This document shows, in pieces, positions 1 to 13,800 of a stretch of 64,000 nt of DNA. A model generated the notes under the pieces. That model was not told where the DNA came from, did no database searches, and saw only the letters and a program-made list of their open reading frames with translations. Position numbers and translations under genes: made by a program. The stretch's first letter is position 1; every line of letters begins with the position of its first letter. Location: NCBI GenBank assembly GCA_951406725.2, contig OX597824.1:98208001-98272000 (forward strand). Reading direction: 5' to 3'. Source of the stretch: Octopus vulgaris (Eukaryota).

Positions 1-320
1 TCATTAGTTTGACCTTTACCAATACCAGTAATATCTTGGATCAAAACTCTGTAAGGGTTACATCTTGACTGACCGTTAACTCTGCTGCTCTCATCCACTT
101 CATCATTAACCTCTTCCACCAATGGTCTACCACCATCACTGCTACTGTTATTACCAAAAATGGCAGCAGCAGCAGAAATAGTAGTAGTAGTAGTAGTACT
201 AGTACTAGTAGTAGAACTGGTATTAATAGTTGTAGTAGTAATAGTAGAAGTAGTAGCAGTAATATCTTTCAATGGCTCCATTTCTTCAACCAAACATATT
301 TTTGTTGGTTTATATATTTC
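1..320 (-). CDS. DNAAF1: DNAAF1 C-terminal exon, continues off window
   Basis: TTTTGCAG acceptor at 321; open frame [15 protein letters not shown]...Thr-rich...RPLVEEV...VLIQDI to position 1. Confidence 0.72.
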
Positions 321-756
321 CTGCAAAATAGTAAAGAGATAAGATTACATATATATACATATATATATAGTGAGCATTAACAAAAAACAAAAGACGAAGA
401 CGGGTGTGTAAATAACAAACAGATGTATTAGTTTAACGCTTGGGAATTGAGAAAGTCTTTTACGTTTCGAGCCTATGCTCTTCAACAGAAAGGAACACAG
501 AAATAAACTGAGAGAATATAAAAGAGGTTTAGTGGCTAGCGATCTATCATGGCAAATGCCAGACAGAGGGGTCACACAGGAGAGCTAAGTAGAAGGAGAG
601 ATAATAAAGTAGTGGTGATCCCAAAACGATGGTGCACGTGTGCGTGTGTATGTGAGAGCGTGTATATGCGTATGGAAGGGGGCTAATGACCTTGACATGT
701 GCGTGTGTGCATGTGCAGGTGTGTGGATGATGGTGTAGATGCTGAGAAGTGGCAGT

Positions 757-831
<75 letters not shown>

Positions 832-3727
832 TTATATATCAGGTCATTAAGAAAGAAATGTCCAATTTTCTTCTGCACCAAGTTTGACAGTCCTTATCTC
901 TTAATGTTTTATCCTGACAATTCTTTGTTTTACAACATTGAAGAGTTACATCATCACTTTCTGAAATGCCATTCCTGGTGTCTGATTGTATTGTGAGTTT
1001 TCTCTTGTAAATCAATTTTTGTGAACCCATGGAGAGATCAAAAATTCATGTTGTTTATGAATATGAGTTCCGTCAAGGGACCAATGCCTCCCAGACAGCT
1101 GGAAACACCAATGAGGTGTTTGGTGAAGATGTGGCAAATGAGTGAACTGTACATCGATGGTTTGAGAAGTTCCGGTCTGGTGACTTTACTCTGTGGCAGA
1201 CCTGAGACCAAAGTGGATAACGATGTTCTGTGGATGTATAAGGCACATCCACCTCATTCAACACATCTGACAAGGTAGACATGTCCCCAAACACACACAA
1301 AATATTAAGTATATTACAGTTTTTATGCATGTGTATGTGTGCGTACGTGTGTGTGTGTCTGTGTGTGTGCGCTTACGTGGTGACATTGTCATCCCACCCA
1401 TCCACAAGTCAACTGCTGTTTCTGTGCCTTCAAAGCTACGAAGAATAAGAGATCCTCATTTGAGAAACAGGTAAAGCTAAGCGACAGGAAGAGGATCCAG
1501 CTTTAAAGTAATGCCTCAATAATATATTCCTCTAACCCATGCAAGCAATGGAAAAATGGATGTAAAAATGAACAAACAACATCTGAGTGTGTGTTAATGA
1601 AGTCTATACGTTAGGCATTTTTTCTACAATAGGTGCAACTGCATCCTTCTGTGTTGTAAGAGATGAATGAAAGAATTGCCTCAAAAAATCCCGTCCAACC
1701 CAAGCCAGCATAGAAAAGCAGATGTAAAATGATGGTGGTGATGGTAATGATCATGATGGTGATGATGATTCTATGTTTCCAATTAGAAACCTTACCTCCA
1801 CTTCATTTGATAAACTCATATTTTTCTCCAGAGAAACCATATCAGTGTCAATGTCTTCAAGAACAGGGATGTCCTACAAGGAAAACCACAAAAATAACAA
1901 CGTTGGAGCTACATCATGACATACATAGGATATATATATATATTTATATTTATATATACATTAAATATTGAATATATATTATATAATATATAATATGGTC
2001 TTCCATATAGTTTCTGTCAATCGAAGCCATTTAAATTGCTTTGGTCAGGCTCGGTGCCATGCAATGAGACTGACTCGTTAAGCATATGTCCTAATCACCT
2101 GTCTTTGTCTATCTGTTCTTCATGTACATTATATATTAAAAGACATATTCATAAACTGATTAGCTTCTCAGTTTCATCATCCAAATGCAGTAATACTGAT
2201 AATGGAGAAGAATTCATACACTTTGCCTTAGGTCTCCAAGGATCATGGTTATACTATTCTAACTTATAAAATCATCAATGCCAGATTTAAATATTAACAC
2301 AACAGTTAAGTCCCAGCCAGTTTCATCACTTATTCTACATGTAGTATACATCCCTTTGTTGATTTCTGGTGTCTATTTCATTACTGGTATAGTTTCTATG
2401 TTTATCCTTCTCGTGGTTTGTGGAAAGCTCTGTAAATGGTTGTGATTGTCAGCTAATGATTTTCTGTTTTATTTCCTGTATGCTATTATTATGAGTTGTG
2501 GTGACTCCTTGTCATAAACATGTGTGTCCCTGCCACCACCACCGCCACCAAATTCCACTCACCTCTGCATCTTCGTTACATTCACTATCTGATGAGCTGT
2601 CTTCACCTGAGTAGAAACACAAATACAAATTTCAGATGTAAGCATATACACAGCGATATATATAAGGATACATAAGGTTGATCTGTAACAATACCTAGTG
2701 TTGATTAAAAATACAGATTTGATAAATAACAATACACACAACTATCATGTGACAATACTGTTTTGTGGACGCCCCCAGACGATGAAGTAGGCTGGCCCAA
2801 TACGTAGATATAGAGGGAGAAGTCTAGACGTCAGGGGTTGAGTAGAGGTCAGCCGAACGTGCGATATAACAAATACTAATGAAATGCTCAAGTGTTTGGT
2901 CATAGTGACAGTAAAACAGAACTTAATTGTAATTACAATTAATTTGTGCTAATTAGAATATTATTTGTCCATTTGACCATTCAGTCAGGATGGAGAATCA
3001 GTGACATACTGATGTGTCACCAGAACACAATGTCTTGGAATTGGTAAACTACAGCAAGGAATGAGATGGGTTGTGTTAGAAGGACTCTTTAAAAGTCTGG
3101 ATTACTTGAGGTGACCGTTAAAGAATCTTCACTAACAGACAATAACTCGGTATATGTCTTCTAGAAACAAATGTTAACAATTAAGAATTTCCTTAATTTA
3201 AATTCATTACTTTCAGGTGTGGATCACAGATAAATCTCCCCTGAAATGAGAGACCAACCATCTTCGGTTAACATCCCTTTCGTGAATTCAACTACTTACC
3301 ATTAATTTCAGTAATTCTCAACATAGAATGGCTTTTCTCTGTGGAGGGCGTCACTTGATCACGAACTAACAAAATCAAAACAAGGAAACATGTTATTGGT
3401 TTTCTGAATTCTAAACAAGATAGAGGAATGGTTAATGAATGATGCTGACATGGGACAAGTCTTGAAGCTAGACGTGCCAGATTAACCCATCCTGTTCCTG
3501 AAACTACCTCGACTTCAAATCCCTTGTCTTAATCTATTCAAGAAAAAAAACTTCCACTGTGATTAAAGAAATTATGCTGCATTTATCTTCCAAACACCAC
3601 TTAGACGTATCATTATGGAAATTAATTAATTATTTTACAAATCCCACAAAATTTATGATGATTTTCAAATTCAATTAAAGCCCAAAAAGTGTATTTTGTG
3701 AGAAATATGGTCACATGTCAGGCTAAA

Positions 3728-3781
<54 letters not shown>

Positions 3782-5255
3782 TATGTGTGTCTGTCATCAC
3801 CATCATCACCATCGTCGTCATTTAATGTCCCTGTTCCATGCTGGAATCGGATGGACAAATGTATGTGTGTGAACATTTGTTTATGTGTCTATGCATATTT
3901 ATGTAAGCATGTTTGTAAGTATGTATGTGTGTGTGTATGTGTGTGTGTGTGTGAGTCACTATCTGTATGCTTATGCATGCTGTATACGTCTATGTGTGAA
4001 ACCATGTAGTCGTGTGTGCGTTAGCAGAGTCACACACACAAACGTGAGACATCATCAAAAGGAAGGCAAGTGTATCCAACCTGTGGAACTGAAAATAGTT
4101 GATGTGTCTGCTGCTGCTGTTGCTGCTGATGCCGTCTTCATCAAAGATCCTCTCAGATCAATTACTTCAGTAGTTGCTTCCTCCTCCTTCACCTCCTCCT
4201 TGAATGATGTCGTCTATAAATGGAAACAAACAGATCAATTATTGGCAAGACATCTCTCCACCAGATGACACTTTGAAATACAATCTTCACTTTGTAACAC
4301 GATATTTCATATGGACCGGCTCCAAATCACTACACACACACACACACACACACACACCTCATCGTTATCATTATTCACTGTCCTTTTTCCAATGCTGGCA
4401 TGAGTCGGACCGTTTGAAAGGAACCGACAAGCCAGAATGTTGTGCCAAGCTCCACTGTCTGCTCTAGGTCCACTTCCAAATGCCAGCCACTTCACAGAAT
4501 GTACTGGGGACATTTTCCATAGCATCAACTGAGCAAGATATCGTACTGAGGGATGGGGCCAAATTACAGGAAGTCCCCGTGTCACTGCCACAAATACAGC
4601 GACCATGCGAGTGACACATAAAAAGCACCCAGCACAGACTGTGAAGTGGTTGGCATTAGGAAGGGCATCCAGCAGTAGGAACCATGGCAAAACAAGGCAG
4701 TTGGAACCTGGGAAGCTCTCCAGCCTTGCCAGACCCTGTCAGACTGTCCATGCCCAACATGGAGAATGGATGTTAAAAGATGTTGATGATGATGATGATG
4801 TGTGTGTGCGTTTAAGAGTAATCTTTTTGCCTAAATGTATTCATAAAGGCCATTATTTTGTTCAAATACAGACAGACAGACAGATGGCTGGACAGACAGA
4901 CGGATGGTTAATGCATGTGGCTCAGTGGTCAGTGGTCAGTGCACTCACAAACCAGTGATTCTTGGACCAAGTGATGCATTGTGTTTTTGAGCAAGACACT
5001 TCATTTCATGTTGCTCAGTCCACTCGGCTGTAAATGGATAACCCAGCGTAAGAATAGCCTTCCGATTAGGGGGAATGTTGGCCTGCTTACCTAATTATGA
5101 TTAGCAGGGTGGCATCATTCAAACGCTAAAACGATGCAAAGTGCATTCTGACCAGCGACGTATAACAACATCTGATAGTCTGGCCGGTCATGTGATCAGA
5201 TGATCTATACACACTTGCAGAGAGTGAGAGATTATATATATCCAAGTAAGTGCAT

Positions 5256-5308
<53 letters not shown>

Positions 5309-6759
5309 GCATTGGAACGTTGACAAGTTGCCAGGTTTTCAGGAAGTATTGTCCTCAATTTCTGTGTCATCAAGTTGAATATTATTATGTAAATCAAATC
5401 AAATAAACAGCAACAAACCTTATGAGACACACAGACATACGAGAGAGGGAGAGAGAGAGAGAAAGAGAGAGTGTGAGTGAGAGAGCAAGAGAGAGAGAAA
5501 GACTCACAGACAGACAACCATTCCTGTTGACTCTTCCTACAAATGATAAAAACCAAAACTTAACAATTCCTTTATATTACCTCTGCAGTCTTCTTTTCCA
5601 CATTTTCATCTTGTTGTTGTTCTTCCAAACTTTTCTCCTCCTCCTCCTCCTCCTTAACAGTTTCATCCGTCTGCTCTTCTCTTTTCTCTTCCACACATTT
5701 TCCCTCTTCTTCCTTCGGCTTCGTTGCATTTCCTCCCAGTCCTTCTTCCCCCCCTGTTTTCGCTTCGTCTCCGTCCCCTCCCTTCTCCGCATCAACCCAT
5801 TTTGTCTTGTACGTCCCATACAACCAGTCAATGCTCTCCTCTATAACAACTTCTCTTTGCTTACTCTCCGCATCTCCCCGTTCCAACAATTTCTCGTCCA
5901 GTTTCTTCTGAATCTTCTTTGCCTCACTTTTTTGCCGAATCTTCAACAGAGCTACAAACAGACAGCGGAAACACAACACAGTTTATTACTCGTTACAGCA
6001 ACACACGGTGACACCTGTGCTACACACACACTACACACACACTCACACACTCACTACAAATAATGCTCAAAGTATTCAAGAGTAGAAAAATATGGTTATA
6101 TAAAATTTTAGGAGTTTCTAAAGAAGATCGTATGCCGAGGAGAGAAATTGGATTCTTTGGGTCTCTCACCCTTCATCTCATTTTAGCCACATTAACAGCT
6201 CTCTACAACAAAGGCCACCACTGATTTCTATGTACAGAATTGTTTAATTCACATACACACACAAACACACACACACACAGATACACACACACACATTCAC
6301 ACACAGATACATACATATATACGTATATACATACATATACACACACACATTCATCTATCCCGATCTTGGCAAGATTTGAACTAAGAATGAAAGGAACCAA
6401 AAGAAATGCTGCTGAGCACTTTGTCTGATGCGATAACGATTTTGAGGATTAAAAAATAAAAGTAACAATTTCTTTTATTTGCCACCAGGGCAACACACGA
6501 GGAGAACAATATAAAAACAAAATAGTTTACAGCAAATGTTGGGTAAAAAAAAGCACAATAATGATAATAATAATAATAATAACATGCAGAAAATAGCACA
6601 ACTAGGCACTGCACACATCCTACATAAAACACTTTCACTACATTGAAAATAAGAGCACCACAACAAACCACAGAACATACCCAAGGCACACACAAATGTG
6701 CTCAATAGTGCAGTGAAAGCACATGATAAAAATAAGACTACCAAATAATAATAATAATG

Positions 6760-6821
<62 letters not shown>

Positions 6822-7284
6822 TGTTTTGGTATAAAAGATGGGCTACAGCAAATATTCTGCTCAATACCCCAGATTTGCTTGTCCGTTGTTTGACCTTAAC
6901 CAGTTGAGCATGTCCCTTAGTGGCTGACGATATATGCATCTCTGATCACGAGCAGAAGTAGTGGGGGAGCATCATAGCCATGTGTTGAAAGGGATTGTTT
7001 GGGGTTTGAATAATTCACCTCTGGAAACATGGGTGTTTCATTCAACATCCTTAAACAACCCTTATTCAGGGACCTTTTGAGCGAGATGGGTCACTAGACC
7101 AGAAGAAAATTCTAACTGGGCCCCACCTGCAAGGTCATGTGCTGTTTATCTTGATATGAGATCACCATGGTTGTGATGCATGTGCCTAGCGTACCCTTAT
7201 CAGACGGGTAGTCATGATGGGTATACTGGGCTTCATATATTTTACCCCAGTGTCACTTTGATGGCATGCACAGCTCTCTCACTC

Positions 7285-7345
<61 letters not shown>

Positions 7346-10220
7346 GCAATACTCAACCAACCATCCACACTGTCTTGAATTCGTTTGTTTTCTTTATCAA
7401 TCCAAATCTGTCGTTCTATCTTCTCTGCTTCTATTCCACCTCTGGCCCTGTCATAGAAACAACAGCAATAACAACAACATTCTTCACATTTACTTCGTCA
7501 TGGTACAGGCCATGCTACAACAGCTGTACCACCATCACAAATACATTCTGATTGTGTGTGTAGGTTTCTTGTGGCATCAGTAAACTTTGCAGTGTTAGTG
7601 CAGTGTTGAATAAGTGTTAATGTAGTGCCAACCGTAATACAATTGTGGAGAGAATCTCTATTTTCAGTCATGGCACAGTGCCACAGAAATGCTTTGAACA
7701 CAGCATTGCATTCATCAGTCTGATGAGGGTGGCACCATCTATAATACTCAACGAGCTGTACAACCTCATGGTACCTATTTACAGCTAGCTGAATTGAGCC
7801 ATTGAGAATTAAGTATCAGTGCAGTGATAGGAAAAGAATCCATCGATGGGTCTCGCTGTGTCAGTCAATTCCTTGGTAATTGTTCTCTTATTTATTCTGA
7901 CAGCCTCTGATGCCGAGATACACTGACACAACTACCACAGCAAATCTGCCACTGGACCTGGTCAGTGAGCGTCAACTGGTCAGATATATCGTTCATAACA
8001 CAGTCAAGAGTAAAAGGACAATGATTTGTTGACCTTTTCAGGTCATCTTAGACTCTTGTCCAAACAAGAAGGAATACTATTTATAATGCTATATATGCTG
8101 TGTATAGATGGACATATGGATGTATATACAGTTGTGTCTTTATAGTGAATAAACATACACACACACACACACACACGTATATATACATATATAACACCAA
8201 GTAAGATAGGGGTTATGGGTGCAACCCACTAAGGGATAATATCTATCCAATATACTGTTGGTATAATACCCAAATTATTAATACACAAGTGTTTTTAATT
8301 GCAATGCAATTAACTTATTTATTGTATTAAATGGGTGAAGGTAAAGAAATATTTTACCATTAATTTATAATACAAATAAGGAAATGCAGAAACAATTTAG
8401 TTGGTTAATCAACTTTTTCTTATTTGTATTATATACATATATATATACACACACACACACACATATTATATCTTCGAGTGTGTATAAAAAGTTGTGCTGA
8501 TGTCTGAAATACCTACCATGCTTCAGAGCAGGCACGGTCTCGAGGGAAAACCGGTCGATCATCCAAATACTTCAGGCTTTTCTGCCAAAATTCAGTTTAT
8601 AAACGTTACTTTGGATATCTAATCAAGAACTATTGACTATTAATTAAAAATCAATTTACGAATGCAATTACTGGCATGAAGCAAAATAATTAAGTATTTA
8701 TGTCATCAAGTGGGGAATTAATCAGAGTATGACAATAACGAGAAAAAAGTGAGTGACAGAAAGATTGCACCACCACCATACCACCACCACCACCATCAAT
8801 ACCACCACCAGCACCACCATCATCATCAACACCCCCACCCCCACCACCACCACTAGCACCACCATCATCATCAACACCCCCACCACCACCACTACTACCA
8901 AAACCAAAATACAAGGGAAAGGTTTTTTATGAAAATGGAAACTAGAATCTTCATCCCTATAATTCTTCATTCTTGACCAAGGATGCAGACAAATTATAAA
9001 GGCTTAAAACCATTTCATTTTACTACATACGGTAATATACCCCCATGATTTTAATCCTTAAATGTCTTCTTATGGGAATCCCCTACTCTAGGGTAATGTT
9101 AGCTCTTCCATACTCTACTATAATACAAATTCAAATCTGGTTTCATCAGAAGGCAGTATGGAGGACAGGTTTCAGTGTTATTAGACCTCTTTTCCTACTT
9201 GCCCCGTTACTAATCTGGTGCAGGAGTCAAAACATGGAAAAGAAAATGGAATTAGTTCTAATGAAAAAATCCTGAGATGCTTTCCATCGTGGGTTTGTTT
9301 AATCAGGACTGACCGAGGGCTAAACAACAGCAACAACAAGATCATTTACATCAGTTGTTTTAATCTATTTGGGTGCCATTACTGGTACGGCATGTTCTAG
9401 GTGTGAGGGGCTGGATGGGGCCAGTCTGAACATAAAACAAGGAGAATATCTGGGTCCAGATGGGGCTGGTTTAGAGGCTGAATGGTTGTGCATACACACA
9501 TACACATACTCACACACATAGGCACACAAACACATTCAGACACAAACATGCACATATTATCTGCACTCATATAAAACACACACACACACACACACTTTCA
9601 AGTCAAACAGCTAGAATTAATGTCTCTCGCTTACAATTGCCACGGTAACATGTTTCCTGTAATTCTTGATGTTTCTGATAACAGGATTCCCAATCAAATA
9701 CAAAACTCCCTGAAAAAAAAAAACAAGAAATAACAGTTACACATATTATACAACAGACAAGGGGAAAAGAATGGAATATCTTGTCTAACATCTCTCTGAA
9801 ACACAAGCACACATCTATTAAATAGCTGCTGCAGCTGGGTCATATTTATTTATGTAATTATTTCTATAATATTTTATGCAATAAAACATCAAAGCACAGA
9901 AACAGTTGTTGCGATTTGTGATTAAAGCCTATTCATTCCATCTTCTTGATTTATAAATTTATATATATATATATATATATGAATAAAAAATGGAGTTATC
10001 ACAGGTTTAAACAAGAATATGCTGTACCAGTAAAAATACTTGTTTAAACCTGCGTTAACTCCATTTTTTATTCATATTATTCAAAATATTCAACGTAAAC
10101 ACGAAGTTTCAACCTTTATAAACAAGGAGTTACAACATCTTTACTTGTGAGATTTTTGCTGCCCTGGTAACTATTTATTTATTTTTCCGTGTTAATTGTT
10201 AACAAGGTAAAAATACACTC

Positions 10221-10277
<57 letters not shown>

Positions 10278-10757
10278 TAATAAAAGGCTTCCAAATAAGG
10301 AAGCGTAGTGCTAGAAACACAAAAAGGATAAATTCATGAAAGGAATGAGAATTAAAAACATTTACCATCTCAGCTATATCCCAGACCGAACGGTTTCTGT
10401 GTGTTTGCTAAAAATAGGTAGAAACCGTTCGGTCTGGGATAGAGCTGAGATGGTAAATGTTTTTAAGTTTCATTCCTTTCATGAATTTATCCCTTTTTGT
10501 GTTTCTAGCACTACGCTTCCTTATTTGGAAGCCTTTTATTATATTTCTTTAAGAAAAATATATAGTCTAATGACTAATTCGTCTTTTGTGCTAGGCCACT
10601 GGTAATAATAATTTATTTTATTACCCTATTTGATTATATTTATATATATATATATATAACCAAAAAGGAAAAATTCAATTGTCACTCACTGTGATTGAGG
10701 GTGCTGAGTAGCACCTATATTGCTTTCTATCTATCTGTCTGTCTCTCTCTCTCTCTC

Positions 10758-10803
<46 letters not shown>

Positions 10804-13800
10804 TATATATTATCCAAAATATAAACATCAACTACAACAATGGTGATAGGAAGAAGAAGAACTACGAACCAAGGCAGGCATTTTGGCAAAGACTTCTTCG
10901 ACAATTTCTGGTTGTTCAAGTCTGTTATGAGAAAGATCCAACACTGAAATGGACGGACAGTCTTTGAGGTGGATTACAGATTTCAGAGTGGATAGTTTGT
11001 TGTGGGTTATCTGGAGGGTGCTCAGCTGGGGTAAGCAGGCTGCAACGAGAGACAAAAAATGAAAAAACAGTTGAGAATTATAATTATAATTTCAAAGTAT
11101 ATTTGATTCGATCTGAATATGTTTATAATTATATATAGAGGGTGAGCCAAAAGCCACAAAGCCTGACTGCATATTGTGATCTGTGGCCAGAATCTGATGG
11201 CTTCATCCGTTGCAACCATACAAAATGCACCAATTCCATTTTTAATCTCTGTGACTTTTGGCCCTGCACATCTCGTAGATAATTCAACAGGAATATTTTC
11301 AAGGATAACTTGATAATGTTTTTATACCTTATATCTGAATGCTATTTACAGAAAGAACCAATCTCCAATTCCACTATTTTTGGAACATTTTCACCAGATT
11401 CTATTATTTTTGAAGAATCTTCAACAGCTTCTGCTGTCTTTGAACAATCCCCAACATCTTCCACTGTCCTTGGAATATCTTCAACAGCTTCCACAGACAC
11501 TAAAGTCCACACTCAAAAGACTCTACTCAAGTCACACTCTTCAATTTCCATATTTTCATATTACAACAGACTCCACTCAAATAACTCACTCAAATTTCCA
11601 AAGAAAGCCATTAACCTCTACTCAAACTCCACTCATGTCAGGCACTCCACATTTCCATACCCTAATTCATGAGTAGGTGATACAGTACATAACATCAGTG
11701 CAAAGGGGTCAGTACACAACCTGACCCCTTTCAAGTCTCTACTTCATTATTTCCTATGCAGCTTCACTCCCTTATAATTTGACCCCGACAAAGTGTGATT
11801 ACTGATACATTGGTAACATGTTGGCAGGGTTTCAAATAGTTTCCTTTCCCCCAAGATAAAACCAGCTGACTTTTTATATTTTCCCAAAGCCATAATAAGC
11901 AATCTGCCCTTCATACCAATTCCCAAGAGAGAAACACGGAACCTGCAACTCACACAAATTCTCAATGGTTTCAATCATGTTGTGGCAAAGGTTTAAATTG
12001 GACAATTTATGCATCGATTCCAAGTTTTCAATCTTGTAGATGAGATTCTGCTGCAGATAGAGGCACTTCATTTCGACCTGACGGTCAAGGTTCTCAATCC
12101 TGTTCAGTCCATTATTTTCTAACCAAAGACACTTCAGGCCAACATATTCTTCAAGATTCTCAATTTTATAAATACCTGCACAAAAGAAGAAACCCCAGAC
12201 ACAGAAATGAGAGAAATACAAAACAAAAACAAAAAAACAATTTGAAACAGAAAACACCAACCAACCAACCAAATAACTGACAGCCAAACCCCAAATCTCA
12301 CAGTTGCCAAGCAACCATGTTACTAATTAATTAAAACATTCACATCATTAATTCCTTTACAACAATTAGAAATGTAAACAATTCTACAATTAATTCTGTT
12401 CAACAACATGTAATTGTTGTTGTTGTTGTTGTTTAGCCCTGGGTCAGTCCTTGCACACAAAAATGCTTCAGTCCTGACTGTCAAGTCTTTTATTGTGGAT
12501 CTGAAACTTATCCAATATGCCCTTCCTTTTTAAGATGGCAGAATGGGGGAGGTTTAGCTGTTATTTCTAGTAGGTCAAGCTGTCCTGGCTGGTTGGACAA
12601 TCCGTCATGTGACCACCACATCAGTTTCACAGCCAGACCCTCAAGTGTGCAGCATCTTCCACCCTGTTAAGGTGTGATGGATCCAGCTGCCCACTAGAGA
12701 CACCTATAGGCCAACAGTTAGAGCCAAATTGGACCAACCACCCTACGGGAAGCACCAAAGGGCCAGGTGGATTATGAGGCCTACAATCCTGCTAAAAGCA
12801 CCCAGGGTATTCAAAGTGAATCAACATCAGAAGACCTTTATCTCAAACGTAGGAACCTCTTGCTCTCCTACCAACATCAACCGAAACGTACTCACCTTTG
12901 AAGTGTAGGTAAAGGACATCGTTTAGCTCAGGGGTTTGATACAGTTTGTGCTCCTTGCAGTGTTGGCGGAGGAATTTCTTGGTCAGTCTGTGGGGTAACA
13001 GAATGGTGCAAACTAATATAACAGGGTATAGTGGGCAGTAATATCACCATCATCATCATCACCACCACCACCACCACCACCACCACCACCACCACCACCA
13101 CCACCACCATCACCACCATCAACATCATCATCACCACCACCACCACCACCACCACCACCACTGCCACCACCATCACCACCATCAACATCATCATCACCAC
13201 CACCACTGCCACCACCACCACCACCATCACCACCATCAACATCACCACCACCACCACCACCACCACCACCACCACCACCACCATCACCACCATCAACATC
13301 ATCATCACCACCACCACCACCACCACCACCACCACCACCACCACTGCCACCACCATCACCATCATCAACATCATCATCAACACTACCACCATCATCATTA
13401 TCATCAACTCCATCATCACCATCATCATCATCATCATCATCATCATCACATAAAGTCTGCCTTCCATGTTGGCATGGGTTGGACGGTTCGACAGGATCCA
13501 ATAATGAGCCACACAGAACCCTCATGCTTCCGGGTCTGCTTTGGCTTAGTTTCTATGGATGGATTCCCTTCCAGATGCCAACCATTTTGCAGAGAGTTCT
13601 GAGTGATTTCCCCCACCCTATGTACCCCACCATTAATGAGGTCGCTCAGTAACTTGCAGGACAAAACCCTAAAGCTGAAAAGGAAAGAGGGAGGGAGGTG
13701 GCTTTGTGGTGAGTGTTGAAAGGTCAAAGTATGACAGAGGGACAGGCACAGGCATGTTGCTAGGGAAGAGATGCCTGGCAACTACACCACCAGCACCACA

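Noticed and set aside
2149-2253. Possible alternative terminal DNAAF1 exon ([11 protein letters not shown]...KLISL*)
   Set aside because: Phase fits, but the acceptor lacks a pyrimidine tract and better exons follow downstream.
5422-6063. 213-aa hydrophobic plus-strand ORF
   Set aside because: Antisense to the Glu/Lys-rich DNAAF1 exon.
7720-7765. CTGATGA hammerhead candidate (similar weak ones near 28361 and 39197)
   Set aside because: GAAA box, core or stems are missing or too degenerate.
12928-13525. Gly/Asp-, Val/Met- and Thr/Ile-rich ORFs
   Set aside because: Translations of an intronic (CAC)/(CAT) satellite; the true exon is 12987-12896 in another frame.
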